Shown: positions 10,266 through 20,614, numbered from the stretch's first letter. The stretch: 64,000 nucleotides of DNA from Candidatus Margulisiibacteriota bacterium (GCA_041650635.1 JBAZKV010000002.1:47844-111843), one strand, 5' to 3'. Program-made: numbers and translations. Notes: generated by a model not told the origin, from the letters alone.

Positions 10266-11990
10266 ATGAAACTCTTGGCCCGCCTTCTTTCATATGTCCG
10301 GCCGTACACGGGACAGCTGTTCCTTGCCTTTATCTGCATGATCTTCTTTTCCCTTTGCAACATGGCCGTCATCCCCCTGGTAAGCCAGGTCTCCAAAGCG
10401 GTCTCCGACAGGAACTTCCCTTTTTTGAACTCTCTCATAGGCGCAGTGGTCCTTGTATTTTTTGTAAAGGGCATCTTCCAGTACGGGCAGGCGTATCTGT
10501 CCTCTTTTATCGGCCAGAGGGTGGTAACCGACCTGCGGGTCAAGATCTTTGGCCATCTGCAGGACCTGTCGCTGAGCTTTTACAGCAGGTGGAAGACCGG
10601 GGAGGTGATGTCCAGGGTGATAAACGACATCTCCATGATACAGAACGCCATCGTGGTCAGCGCCACCGAGATCCTGCCGCAGCTTTTGACGCTCGTCGGG
10701 GTCCTGAGCTATCTCTTTTATCTTAACTGGCAGCTTACTCTCATGGCCCTGCTGACCGTGCCGGTCTTTGTGCTTACCATCTCAAAGTTCGGTCAGCAGA
10801 TGAGGGAGATAGGACGCAACGCCCAGAAGAAGATAGCCGACATTTCTTCCATTCTGCAGGAGACCATCTCGGGAGCAAGGATCGTCAAATCGTTCACCAT
10901 GGAAAAGCACGAGGTAAGGCGCTTTGCCCGCGAGAGCGAACACAGCTTTGGCTGGTCCATGAAAGAGGCCCAGATAGACGCCACTCAAAAACCTCTTATC
11001 GCTTTTCTGCAGGTGCTTGCGGTTGTAGCGGTCATCTGGTACGGCTGTTTTCAGGTGGTGGCCGGAACAATGGCCTCTCAGGACCTGATAGCGTTTTTTG
11101 CCGGCGCCGTCCTTTTGATAGACCCCGTCATTGTCATCTCAAAGATCAATATCACCATGCAGAGAGCTCTGGCATCTGCCGAAAGAGTATTTGAACTCAT
11201 AGACATAGTGCCGGAAATAAAAGATGCCAAAAACGCAAAGGACATGGGCAGGATAACGGGAGATGTGGAGTTCAAGAATGTAAGTTTTTGCTATGATAAA
11301 GGGCCCGAAGTGCTCAAGAACATTGATCTGGGCGTCAAAGCGGGCTCCAGCCTTGCGATAGTGGGGCCTTCCGGTTCCGGTAAGACCAGTTTTGTCAACC
11401 TGGTGCTGAGATTCTATGATCCTTTATCTGGCACAGTGATGGTGGACGGGATCGATATAAAGACGGTCAAACTGGCCTCGCTTCGCGATCAGATGGCCGT
11501 GGTCCCTCAGGAAACGCTTCTTTTTACAGCAACGATAAAGGAGAACATAATTTACGGGACGCCCGGCGCAAAGCTTGAAGCTGTGATCAGCGCGGCAAAG
11601 GCGGCCAATGCCCATGATTTTATTATGGCGCTCAAGGACGGCTATGATTCTCATGTGGGGGAAAGAGGCATGGCCCTTTCGGGAGGGCAAAGGCAGAGGA
11701 TAGCGATCGCCAGAGCCATACTGCGCGACCCAAGGATCCTTATACTTGACGAAGCGACTTCCTCCCTGGACACGGAATCCGAGCGCCTTATTCAGGACGC
11801 GATGTCCCGCCTTATGAAAGGCAGGACGACTTTCATCATAGCGCACAGGCTATCGACCATACAGAACGCGGACAGGATCATCGTGCTCAAAGAAGGTTCC
11901 GTTATCGAGGACGGCACACACGAAAGCCTGATGGCAGGCGGCGGCTTCTATAAGAACCTCTACGAGTTGCAGTTCAGCAGTCAACAATGA
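10266..11990 (+). CDS. msbA: ABC transporter permease/ATPase, lipid A exporter MsbA-like
   Basis: 574 aa. Six-TM exporter domain followed by Walker A GPSGSGKTS, ABC signature LSGGQRQR and Walker B ILILDEATS. Confidence 0.75.
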   Translation: MKLLARLLSYVRPYTGQLFLAFICMIFFSLCNMAVIPLVSQVSKAVSDRNFPFLNSLIGAVVLVFFVKGIFQYGQAYLSSFIGQRVVTDLRVKIFGHLQDLSLSFYSRWKTGEVMSRVINDISMIQNAIVVSATEILPQLLTLVGVLSYLFYLNWQLTLMALLTVPVFVLTISKFGQQMREIGRNAQKKIADISSILQETISGARIVKSFTMEKHEVRRFARESEHSFGWSMKEAQIDATQKPLIAFLQVLAVVAVIWYGCFQVVAGTMASQDLIAFFAGAVLLIDPVIVISKINITMQRALASAERVFELIDIVPEIKDAKNAKDMGRITGDVEFKNVSFCYDKGPEVLKNIDLGVKAGSSLAIVGPSGSGKTSFVNLVLRFYDPLSGTVMVDGIDIKTVKLASLRDQMAVVPQETLLFTATIKENIIYGTPGAKLEAVISAAKAANAHDFIMALKDGYDSHVGERGMALSGGQRQRIAIARAILRDPRILILDEATSSLDTESERLIQDAMSRLMKGRTTFIIAHRLSTIQNADRIIVLKEGSVIEDGTHESLMAGGGFYKNLYELQFSSQQ

Positions 11991-13126
11991 AAATACTATT
12001 TCTTTCCAACGGGCACGGCGAGGACCTTATAGCCGCAAGGCTGATAAAGGAAATGCCGCAGCAAGAGATCGCGGCGCTGCCTATAGTGGGCGCGGGGCTT
12101 CCCTACGAAGAACTGGGGATCCGCATACTTGGCCCAAGAAAATCCCTGCCAAGCGGAGGTTTTATTTACCAGAGTTTTTCAAATATGATCAGGGATATAG
12201 CTTCAGGACTTGGCAAGAACACTCTGGACCAGATACGCGTCCTTAGGCAGCAGAAGGCGGAATTTGACCTTGCGGTCTGCGTTGGGGATATCGTTCCCGT
12301 CATCGGAGCGCTGTTTTCCGGTCTTTCCTTTACGTTCATGGGCAGCGCCAAATCCGATCATTATGATTACAGCTATACTCCCTGGGAAAAATTCATTCTA
12401 AAGAGATACTGTCTTATGAGCTACCTTAGAGACCAGAAAACTGCTGATAATTTTGCAAAAGCAGGCATAAGGTCCGCTTATCTTGGAAATCCCATGATGG
12501 ATTGCTTCGAAGTGACAGGTGAGGATTTTGGCCTGGACAAAGAAACCCGCATTGTGGGAATACTGCCGGGCAGCAGACAGGACGCTAAATTGAACCTCGA
12601 AGACATACTGGCCGCGGCAAAAGAATTGGACAAGCTCGCAGAACGACAAAACATCAAGATCGCATATTTAGTATCAGTTGCCCCAACCCTTGACATGACC
12701 GAGCTAAAGACGGCCCTGAGCAGACTTGTCCCAAGCGCAGTCGAGGGAGTTGAAGGACCGGGACTTAAACTGATCTGTACACCAAAATTCGGCGATATTC
12801 TTAACCGCTCGGACATAATAATAGGCCTTGCCGGCACCGCCAGCGAACAGGCGGCCGGAATGGGAAAGCCTATTGTGGCTTTTGCCGGAAGAGGCGTTCA
12901 ATACACGGCTTCCTTTGCCAAAAGGCAGACCCAGCTGCTGGGAGAAGCCCTGTCGGTAGTAAAAAGGGACCCTTCTGCGGTAGCCGGCGAGGTATTGTCC
13001 ATACTGACCGACACAAAGCGTCATCAAAGAATGTCTGAGGTTGGAAGGTCAAGGGTCAGCGGAAGAGGCTCCAGCAAAAGAATTGCCGAAAGCATACTAT
13101 CTCTTGCCGGGGCCCGTCCCAAATGA
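11987..13126 (+). CDS. lipid-A-disaccharide synthase-like protein (second LpxB-family paralog)
   Basis: 379 aa with N-terminal LSNGHGEDLIAARL and ILPGSRQDAKLNLEDI motifs, which resemble the two LpxB signature regions. It overlaps the msbA stop. Confidence 0.5.
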   Translation: MKILFLSNGHGEDLIAARLIKEMPQQEIAALPIVGAGLPYEELGIRILGPRKSLPSGGFIYQSFSNMIRDIASGLGKNTLDQIRVLRQQKAEFDLAVCVGDIVPVIGALFSGLSFTFMGSAKSDHYDYSYTPWEKFILKRYCLMSYLRDQKTADNFAKAGIRSAYLGNPMMDCFEVTGEDFGLDKETRIVGILPGSRQDAKLNLEDILAAAKELDKLAERQNIKIAYLVSVAPTLDMTELKTALSRLVPSAVEGVEGPGLKLICTPKFGDILNRSDIIIGLAGTASEQAAGMGKPIVAFAGRGVQYTASFAKRQTQLLGEALSVVKRDPSAVAGEVLSILTDTKRHQRMSEVGRSRVSGRGSSKRIAESILSLAGARPK

Positions 13127-14220
13127 GGCTGGCATATGACCTTCTGGACCCGTTGGAATATAGCGGATCGGCTCTGATCCTTGCTCTGACAGGCTGCTAT
13201 CCAAAAGTTCATCAGTCAGTGTTCGTTCAGGGAAGGAAGAACAGAAAAAAGATAGAGACCCTTCCGGGCGCCTTATTTGAACCGGACAGAGAGGCAAAAA
13301 GCGATTTCCCCTGGCTGAGAAAAGAGGCCGGACTTGCCTTCAAACTGGCGGAAGAACGGACAGACATACTGCTCTGTCCCGGGCCCCGTCTTACCTTGAG
13401 ACAACCGTGCAAGACCGCGGTCCTTATACCTGACCTCGACCACATGATCTTTCCGGAGCACGGAATAAGAGGCTTAGAGAACCGCATCAGATGGTCCATC
13501 CAGAAGACCGCCGTAAAAAAATCCAACCGGATCCTCACCTATTCTTCTTTTTGCGCTAACCACATCTCAAGGCTCCTTGGAGTTGCTCCCTCAAGGATAG
13601 CCAAGATACCTGCCGCTGCGGACGGCAAAATGGCCCCTGTTTATGACAGGGACCTGATCGAAAGAACAAAAAAAGAGAACGGGATCAGCGGAGCGTACCT
13701 TATCTTTGCGGGCGGGTCGTCAAAAAAGAAGAATTTGAACGACCTGGCAGAAATACTGAAGCTTTTTCCCGATCTGCCTCGTCTGGTCGTTTCGGCAGAA
13801 GTGGACGAAGAACTAAAACGCCTGCTTGCCGGCGCCAGGCTTATCTTTACCGGCTTTAAGAACAGGACAGAGTTGGCCGCCCTGTATTCAGGCGCGATCG
13901 CCTATGTGACGGCTTCCAGTTATGAAGGCTTTCCCTGGGGGGCTTTTGAAGCAATGTGCTGCGGAACTCCTTCGGTCGCGTATGACAATTCCTCTTTCGG
14001 GGAAATACTGGGAGGCTCCTGCCTTCTGGCCGAGAATTCATCAAAGTCCTCGCTGGCAGCGGCAATAAAAAAGATCTGCAGGGACGGGCAACTAAGGCTA
14101 AAACTGCAGGCGCTTTCGCTGGAAAGGGCCAGGGCTTTTTCGCCCGAACAAGCCGCCAAAGAGGCGATGGAGGTGTTTTCTTCCATCCATAAGGAAAGTT
14201 ATTTTCCGGATGAAAAATAA
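13123..14220 (+). CDS. glycosyltransferase family 1 (GT4-type)
   Basis: C-terminal EGFPWGAFEAMCCGTPSVA, the E-x7-E-type GT1 motif. Confidence 0.7.
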   Translation: MRLAYDLLDPLEYSGSALILALTGCYPKVHQSVFVQGRKNRKKIETLPGALFEPDREAKSDFPWLRKEAGLAFKLAEERTDILLCPGPRLTLRQPCKTAVLIPDLDHMIFPEHGIRGLENRIRWSIQKTAVKKSNRILTYSSFCANHISRLLGVAPSRIAKIPAAADGKMAPVYDRDLIERTKKENGISGAYLIFAGGSSKKKNLNDLAEILKLFPDLPRLVVSAEVDEELKRLLAGARLIFTGFKNRTELAALYSGAIAYVTASSYEGFPWGAFEAMCCGTPSVAYDNSSFGEILGGSCLLAENSSKSSLAAAIKKICRDGQLRLKLQALSLERARAFSPEQAAKEAMEVFSSIHKESYFPDEK

Positions 14221-15301
14221 GACGAACATAAAAGCTCTGATAGAAGGGTCTTCTCTGCTGGAAAAAAGCTCTGAAGCCGGGCAGTATACTAAAAATCTGA
14301 TCGAGGGTCTGGGCTTTCTTGAAAAAAAAGATCTTTTCTATGTCCGCTATCCGCTATCCTGCCTCTTCAGGAAAAGCCTGCTCAAGCTGAAACAGCATAA
14401 CATTAAGCCCAAAAGAACATTTTTGCCGGGGGGCCTTGATCTCTATCACGACGCCTCGATGTCCTTTGCCATGAACAGCACTAAACCAATAAAGCGCATC
14501 TCCACCCTGAGAGGCTTGACGGTTCTATCCTCGGAAGGCCTGACAGATGAACATTTAAGAAGCATAAAGCGCGCACATCTAATGGCGTTGCTCCCACTTC
14601 AAGACGCTGTAATAGTAAGTTCAGAAAGAGACAGGCAGATCCTCCAGCAGGAATTCAACGAGCCCCATTCAAAGATAAGGCTGATCGAACAGGGGATCGA
14701 GCCTTATTTTGCTCCGGCTAATTCCTACGAGATCTCGCTCATCAAGGCCAGGTATTCTATCGCCGGAAGATACATCCTGTTTTGCGGCGACCTTGACGAA
14801 AAGAACAACATAAAGAGGCTGCTGGAAGCCTACAGCGCTCTAAAATATGAGTCCCCTCCCCTGCTGGTCCTTGCGGGAGAGACGGGCTATCTTATGGAAA
14901 GCCTTTCACGGTCGCTATCATTGCTGGGGATCGAAAGAACGGTAAAACAGCTTAAACAGGTCAAAAGAAAAGAACTGCCGGCGCTGCTTTCCGGAGCCGA
15001 CTTTCTTGTCTGCCCGGCCGTTGATGCCGGTTTTGCCCTGCCTGTGCTGGAGGCCCTTTCCTGCGGCTGCCCGGTCGTTGCATCACGGGACACTGCCGCA
15101 GAAGAAACGGCGCTGGACTGCTGTGTGTCTGTGCCGGCAAACGACCCTGAAAAGCTTGCAGATGCCATCCGGGCCCTTATGTCGGATGAAAAATTGAGGA
15201 CCTCTCTTTCCCAAAAAGGGCTTTTGCGCGCAAAAGAGTTCTCTGTCACAAAAATGGCGTCAAAAACCTTACAATTGTACAGGGAGGTCTTAGAAAGGTG
15301 A
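14210..15301 (+). CDS. glycosyltransferase family 1
   Basis: PVLEALSCGCPVVASRDTAAEE motif region; length is typical of a GT1 GT-B fold protein. Confidence 0.65.
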   Translation: MKNKTNIKALIEGSSLLEKSSEAGQYTKNLIEGLGFLEKKDLFYVRYPLSCLFRKSLLKLKQHNIKPKRTFLPGGLDLYHDASMSFAMNSTKPIKRISTLRGLTVLSSEGLTDEHLRSIKRAHLMALLPLQDAVIVSSERDRQILQQEFNEPHSKIRLIEQGIEPYFAPANSYEISLIKARYSIAGRYILFCGDLDEKNNIKRLLEAYSALKYESPPLLVLAGETGYLMESLSRSLSLLGIERTVKQLKQVKRKELPALLSGADFLVCPAVDAGFALPVLEALSCGCPVVASRDTAAEETALDCCVSVPANDPEKLADAIRALMSDEKLRTSLSQKGLLRAKEFSVTKMASKTLQLYREVLER

Positions 15302-16485
15302 AACTGCTGATACTTGCCAGGATGACATCGGCTTTTTCCGGCAACACCGTTAATGTAAAACCAATAGGCGGCAGCGAATCCGCCCTTTTTTATCTCTGCA
15401 GGGAACTGGCGGCGCTTGGGCACGAAATAGAGATCTTTAACAACTGCGGCAAAGAAGCAGGCATTTACGAAGGGGTAAGATACGAACAGTTCACCACGCT
15501 TGCGGACCTTGTTAGACGCTCAAAAGAGAAGGAATACGATATCTTCATTTCCTTCCGCGATCTTCCGGCCTTCCTTTTCCCTATAAAAGCAAAAAAGAGG
15601 ATCTGGTGGGGACATGATGATTTTTCCAATGTCTGGAATTACAGCGACCTTCGCGCTCCTTTGGGAAAAGCCTTCCTTAAGTTGGCCGGTTTTTTGACGG
15701 ACCGCTTCTGCGACAGGCTGTTCGTTGTAAGCAAGTGGCTGGAACAGCTCTGCACGGACCTTCTGGGACTTGACGACAGCAAGATCTATGTCACAAAGAA
15801 CGGGGTATATTTGCCATACTTTAACAACCCCGAACCTGAAGGTTCGGCTCCAATTATTCCCGGAGCCGACTCTTTAGAGTCGGGACGGGATCCAAACCGT
15901 TTAGTCTACACCTCCGTCCCCGCAAGGGGGCTCGATATCCTTCTTGACATTTTTCCGAGGATAAGGAAAAGCGTTCCCGAAGCCACCCTGCATGTCTACT
16001 GCGGCTGGGACCTTGGAATGCTAAAAGAAGAGGATAAGAAACTGGCTCAGACACTGTATGACAGGACAAACCAGCCGGGAGTCGTTAGGGAAGGAACAAA
16101 GAAGCACTCGGACCTTGCAAAGGACCTGCTCAAGTCATCATTGATGTTATACCCCAGCCATCCCGTACCCCGAGCGGGTTTCTTTGCGGAAACTTCATGC
16201 ATTGCCGCGCTTGAGGCACAAGCCGCGCTCTGCCCGGTGATCGCTTCAAAAAGAGGCGCGCTTGCCGAAAGCATTGTTGATAAGAGGACCGGCCTTCTTA
16301 TCGAGGGCGATCCTTACAGTGCGGCTTTCAAAGACAGGTTCGTCGCCGAGACGGTTGAATTGCTCAAGGACCCCGAAAGACTATCCGGAATGAGGGTATC
16401 AGCAAAAGAGTATATCCGCGACAATTATTCCTGGGAGCTTATTGCAAAAGAATGGACACTGGAGTTTGAAAGGATGCTTAAGTGA
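15298..16485 (+). CDS. glycosyltransferase family 1
   Basis: ALEAQAALCPVIASKRGALAESIVDKRTGLL motif region (GT1 C-terminal domain). Confidence 0.65.
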   Translation: MKLLILARMTSAFSGNTVNVKPIGGSESALFYLCRELAALGHEIEIFNNCGKEAGIYEGVRYEQFTTLADLVRRSKEKEYDIFISFRDLPAFLFPIKAKKRIWWGHDDFSNVWNYSDLRAPLGKAFLKLAGFLTDRFCDRLFVVSKWLEQLCTDLLGLDDSKIYVTKNGVYLPYFNNPEPEGSAPIIPGADSLESGRDPNRLVYTSVPARGLDILLDIFPRIRKSVPEATLHVYCGWDLGMLKEEDKKLAQTLYDRTNQPGVVREGTKKHSDLAKDLLKSSLMLYPSHPVPRAGFFAETSCIAALEAQAALCPVIASKRGALAESIVDKRTGLLIEGDPYSAAFKDRFVAETVELLKDPERLSGMRVSAKEYIRDNYSWELIAKEWTLEFERMLK

Positions 16486-17396
16486 AAAAAAAGCTGTTCG
16501 CCACCGGCATGGGGGGATGCGTGGGGCACTACCTTTTTGACGAATTTGCCAAAAGGGGCGACCTTGACCTGACTTTTCTGCTGCGAAGCCCTCAAAAGGT
16601 CAAATACAGCCTCAACGGCATAGATGTGATACAAGACGACCTTAAGAACATAGAAAAATACGCTTCCAAACTAAAAGAAGCCGACCTTGTCGTTCACCTT
16701 CTTGCCGACTGGGGCACAGAGCTGGGCAATTACGATCAGACAAAAGCGCTTTTAGGATATCTTGATCCCTCAAAGGTTAAAAAGATAATATATTTTTCGA
16801 CAGCCAGCATCCTGGGCCGGGACAACAGGCCGGACAAGGAGGCTCTTTTATGCGGCACGCCATACATAAGAGGCAAGTATAAGATGCACGAAGAGCTTAG
16901 TTGTTCTCCGCTCAGAGAAAAGATCATCACTCTATATCCTACCTGGGTGCTCGGAGGGGACCATTTACACCCCTATTCACACGCTTATCTTGCTCTTAGG
17001 AACTCCATGACTTGGCTAAAACTGCTGTCCTTTTTTGACCTTGACCTTAGGTTCCACTTTATCCACGCAAAAGATATAGCCGGGGTAACACAACATCTTC
17101 TGTTCAACGAGACCGGAGAAAATGAGTTCGTCCTGGGAACAAAAGAAATCACCGTCGGAAAGCTTTTGGAAGGCTTTGCCGCCGCCTCAGGGTTCAGGCC
17201 TCCGTTTCGGATAAAGCTGGGATCAGGAATTGCAAAAGTACTAGACGCTGTCTTTGGCGGCAGGCTTGCCCCCTGGGACAGGCACTGCTTAAAGACCTAT
17301 CATCAGAATTACCGGACAGTGGAGCCCTCATCCTTTGGCCTTGAGACCTCATTCCCGTCCATAGAGAGCATAGTTAAAGACCTGCTGAAAAGTTAG
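16482..17396 (+). CDS. NAD-dependent epimerase/dehydratase family protein
   Basis: N-terminal Rossmann motif ATGMGGCVGHYL; ~300 aa, consistent with a short-chain dehydrogenase/epimerase fold. Confidence 0.55.
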   Translation: MKKKLFATGMGGCVGHYLFDEFAKRGDLDLTFLLRSPQKVKYSLNGIDVIQDDLKNIEKYASKLKEADLVVHLLADWGTELGNYDQTKALLGYLDPSKVKKIIYFSTASILGRDNRPDKEALLCGTPYIRGKYKMHEELSCSPLREKIITLYPTWVLGGDHLHPYSHAYLALRNSMTWLKLLSFFDLDLRFHFIHAKDIAGVTQHLLFNETGENEFVLGTKEITVGKLLEGFAAASGFRPPFRIKLGSGIAKVLDAVFGGRLAPWDRHCLKTYHQNYRTVEPSSFGLETSFPSIESIVKDLLKS

Positions 17397-17408
17397 TGCT
17401 GCCGCCGA

Positions 17409-18044
17409 TCAGATCTTCTTTATCTCAAAATTCCTGCTGTCGGGGTTGTTGAGCCAGGAGGAGATAGTGTGCCCGTTCTTATCTTTTTCCGTTACAAGAG
17501 CAGTTCTTGCCGCGGTATCAAAGACCTCTTTAAGGGCGGGATCGCACAAAGACCAGTCAATGTCCGGGGCAAACGGCGAGATCCCCGCTTCACAGCCCGG
17601 GCTCCAGGTCCCGGAACATTGATATTCTATCTGAGAGTCTTCGGGAAATACATTCCCGTGGGCAAACCCTACAGGGACCCAGATCCATTCTGCGCAGGGA
17701 TCCTCCGGTTGAGAAGGTATGTCATAGGCTATTATCTTGCCGAAAGTCTTTGACGCCTTCCTGATGTCCAAAACCAGATCTATCATCCTGCCCCTTACGG
17801 TGCGCACCAGTTTTCCCATGTACGGATTCCACTGGAAGTGGAGCCCTCTTATAGTGTTCTTGCGGGAAAAGCTCTCATTGGCCTGCAAAAACTGCACATC
17901 CTTAAAAAAGCTCAGTTTTGGATCGTTCTTAATATCATTTGCATTAAAGATCTCGGCAAAATAACCGCGGTGATCTGTAAAACGCGCGAATTTGATCACC
18001 TTTACATCTTCTATTGCCAGGCTTTTGACTTCAAGTATCTTCAT
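17409..18044 (-). CDS. dTDP-4-dehydrorhamnose 3,5-epimerase-like cupin (RmlC family)
   Basis: FTDHRGYFAEIF and RGLHFQ motifs, as in RmlC. It has a C-terminal extension relative to typical ~180-aa RmlC. Confidence 0.6.
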   Translation of the reverse strand: MKILEVKSLAIEDVKVIKFARFTDHRGYFAEIFNANDIKNDPKLSFFKDVQFLQANESFSRKNTIRGLHFQWNPYMGKLVRTVRGRMIDLVLDIRKASKTFGKIIAYDIPSQPEDPCAEWIWVPVGFAHGNVFPEDSQIEYQCSGTWSPGCEAGISPFAPDIDWSLCDPALKEVFDTAARTALVTEKDKNGHTISSWLNNPDSRNFEIKKI

Positions 18045-18099
18045 AATGACCCTGTTTTAGGGCTCCGTGCTATAATTATACCATTACTGGATCTTCCAA

Positions 18100-19080
18100 A
18101 TGACAGATATCAGCGTTGTAATACCCACATTTAACAGAAAAGACATCCTTAAGAGAACTCTGGAGGCTTTGCTGGACCAGACATATCCAAAAGACAAATA
18201 CGAGATCATAGTAGTGGATGACGGGTCCAGTGAAGATATAAAGAGGATGGTAGAGGATCTGCGCGCTGGCAGGGGTAAGGACCGGTTTGAAACCGGTCCC
18301 AACATCACCTATCTCCGCCAAGCAAGCGATAAAAAAGGCCCTGCCGCCGCCAATAACCTGGGGATCAACAAGGCATCTGGAAAATATATCCTATTGCTCA
18401 ATAATGATGTGATCGCGGACCGCCGTTTGATAGAGGAACATATGATGTCGCATGTAAGGGCGGAAAATCATTCGCCCCAACAAGGCCTCATCGTCCAGGG
18501 CCGCGTTATCAACACCTCCAGCCTTGAAGACCTAAAACAGGAACACAAGGGCTATTCCGGAGGCTACAGCAATATCTCTTTCGGGTATTTTACCACCTGG
18601 AACCTATCCGTAAAAAAGGATATTCTCATAAAAGCCGGATTGTTTGACGAAGACTTCAGGCATCTCTGCTGGGAGGATGTGGAGTTCGGCTTTAGGCTGC
18701 GAAAGATGAAAGTTAAACAGGTCAACAACAAAAACGCCTTTGGATATCACTTTAAGCACGAGTTCTTTGTCAGGGACATTGGAAAGGTAAAAGAAAAATC
18801 GCTCAACATGGGCGGCAACGCTATGATCTATTACAGAAAGCACCCCTGTCTTGAGGTAAAGATCTCAACGGAGTCCTTCTGGCTCCCTATGGCCATTCAC
18901 GGGATTCTCTCCTTTTTTGTCAGAGCGGCAGGCAGCAAAAGGCTTTACGGTCTAATGAAGGGACTGGAGGATAATAAGAACTACAGGCTGCTTGCTTTTG
19001 TTGTGGGTTTGTCCGGCAAATACTGGTACTGGAGCGGAGTAAAAAAGGCGCTTGCTTTAAAAAGAACCCCTGAAGCATGA
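18100..19080 (+). CDS. glycosyltransferase family 2
   Basis: SVVIPTFNRKDIL...VVDDGSSED, the classic GT2 N-terminal signature. Confidence 0.7.
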   Translation: MTDISVVIPTFNRKDILKRTLEALLDQTYPKDKYEIIVVDDGSSEDIKRMVEDLRAGRGKDRFETGPNITYLRQASDKKGPAAANNLGINKASGKYILLLNNDVIADRRLIEEHMMSHVRAENHSPQQGLIVQGRVINTSSLEDLKQEHKGYSGGYSNISFGYFTTWNLSVKKDILIKAGLFDEDFRHLCWEDVEFGFRLRKMKVKQVNNKNAFGYHFKHEFFVRDIGKVKEKSLNMGGNAMIYYRKHPCLEVKISTESFWLPMAIHGILSFFVRAAGSKRLYGLMKGLEDNKNYRLLAFVVGLSGKYWYWSGVKKALALKRTPEA

Positions 19081-19973
19081 AATTATCTATCTGCATAGTA
19101 AGCTGGAATGTTGCCGAATTGCTCGAAAAATGCCTTGTATCCATAAAAAAACATCCTCCTAAATGCGCTTTTGAGATCATTGTAGTGGACAACGCCTCTA
19201 AAGATATGTCACCCGATGTCGTCGGCCTGTTCCCTGAGGCAAAACTGATACAAAACACAAAGAACCTCGGGTTTTCTGCAGCCAACAATCAGGCAATAAA
19301 AGAAAGCTGCGGAGAATATGTTCTTTTTCTTAATCCGGACACAGAGGCAGCACCCGGAGCGCTGGACGAACTGGTCTCGTTCCTGGACGGCCAAAGCAAA
19401 GCTGCGGCCGTAGCCCCAAAGCTCCTTAACCCGGACAAAAGCCTGCAGCGGTCCTGCATGGGGTTCCCCACCCTGGGGGCTATGGCAATGAGACAGCTGT
19501 TCATCGAACAGCTCTGGAGAGGCAACCCTTACACAAAAAAATATCTGATGACAGACCTGGATTATGACAGGTCCTCGGAAGTGGACCAGCCCATGGGCGC
19601 CTGTCTTATGGTCAGAAAGAATGTCCTTGAGCAGGTAGGCACCTTTGACGAGCGCAGCTTCATGTTCTTTGACGAAGTCGATCTCTGTTACAGGATAAAA
19701 AAGGCGGGACTAAAAATATTCTTTACCCCGGAGGCGCAGGTGATCCACCACGGGGGAAGCTCAATAAAAAAATGGGGGGTCCTTAACCTTGGCAGGCACT
19801 GGAGCCGCAGCAGGAACCTCTATTTTAAAAAACATCACGGCACGGCGGCCCTGGCAGCGCTTTACTTTTTTGATCTTTTAAGAGCGCTCATTTTTTTGAC
19901 CGTCGGCGCGGCAATAATTACTGCAGCAAAGACCGCTATCGATATCCACTGGGAAGCGGTAAGACCAAGATAA
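19077..19973 (+). CDS. glycosyltransferase family 2
   Basis: SICIVSWNVAELLEKCL...VVDNASKD GT2 signature. The C-terminal hydrophobic tail overlaps the convergent lgt. Confidence 0.65.
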   Translation: MKLSICIVSWNVAELLEKCLVSIKKHPPKCAFEIIVVDNASKDMSPDVVGLFPEAKLIQNTKNLGFSAANNQAIKESCGEYVLFLNPDTEAAPGALDELVSFLDGQSKAAAVAPKLLNPDKSLQRSCMGFPTLGAMAMRQLFIEQLWRGNPYTKKYLMTDLDYDRSSEVDQPMGACLMVRKNVLEQVGTFDERSFMFFDEVDLCYRIKKAGLKIFFTPEAQVIHHGGSSIKKWGVLNLGRHWSRSRNLYFKKHHGTAALAALYFFDLLRALIFLTVGAAIITAAKTAIDIHWEAVRPR

Positions 19974-20614
19974 TGGTTTGAATAATCCCTGACAAATTCA
20001 TTAAGGAAACGATAAACACAATAAAGTCCGGCTCCCCATATCAGTACCTGCCCATCGTATTTTTTTCTGTCATATATTGATATCAGGACAAGGAACAGCA
20101 CAAGACCGGCTAAAGAGGAATACAACTGAGTGGGATGGACAAAGAGCTCCTCACCCGGAAAGCGCACAGCCCAAGGAAGGCTGCATTCAACCCCCGAACA
20201 ACAGCCCCTCAAAAAGCACCCTATCCTGCCTATGGAATATCCTATGGCGGCCGATAACGAAGCTATGTCAAGACACTTAAGCGCGGAAAGCCGGTGCTTG
20301 TTCGCAGAATAAAAAAGCGCTGCTGCGGCAAAGATCAGACCGCCGTAAAACACCATTCCTCCTTCCCAGAAGGCCAGGACCCTCAGAGGGGCGCTCGTAA
20401 ACTCATCCGGAAATCCGATCACATAAAAAAGCCTTGCTCCGATAATGCTTGCCAGCATCACTTGAACACAGATGTCCAGAACGGTATCAACTGATATGCC
20501 TTCTTTTTTGGCGCGCTGCAAGGCTACAAGGATCCCCGCGGCAAATGCAATAGCCACCATAAAACCCCAGGAATACACCATAACCGGGCCAACAGCAAAA
20601 AGAACCGGATGCAT
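19862..20614 (-). CDS. lgt: prolipoprotein diacylglyceryl transferase
   Basis: 250-aa polytopic membrane protein beginning MHPVLFAVGPVMVYSWGFMVAIAF, with conserved Lgt-like G-rich loops. Confidence 0.8.
   Translation of the reverse strand: MHPVLFAVGPVMVYSWGFMVAIAFAAGILVALQRAKKEGISVDTVLDICVQVMLASIIGARLFYVIGFPDEFTSAPLRVLAFWEGGMVFYGGLIFAAAALFYSANKHRLSALKCLDIASLSAAIGYSIGRIGCFLRGCCSGVECSLPWAVRFPGEELFVHPTQLYSSLAGLVLFLVLISIYDRKKYDGQVLIWGAGLYCVYRFLNEFVRDYSNHYLGLTASQWISIAVFAAVIIAAPTVKKMSALKRSKK

Noticed and set aside
10355-10726. Arg/Pro-rich alternate-frame ORF inside msbA, and similar shadow ORFs such as 7234..7749, 8370..8927 and 12478..12837
   Set aside because: They are embedded in strong, motif-bearing genes on the other frame or strand, with skewed composition typical of shadow frames.
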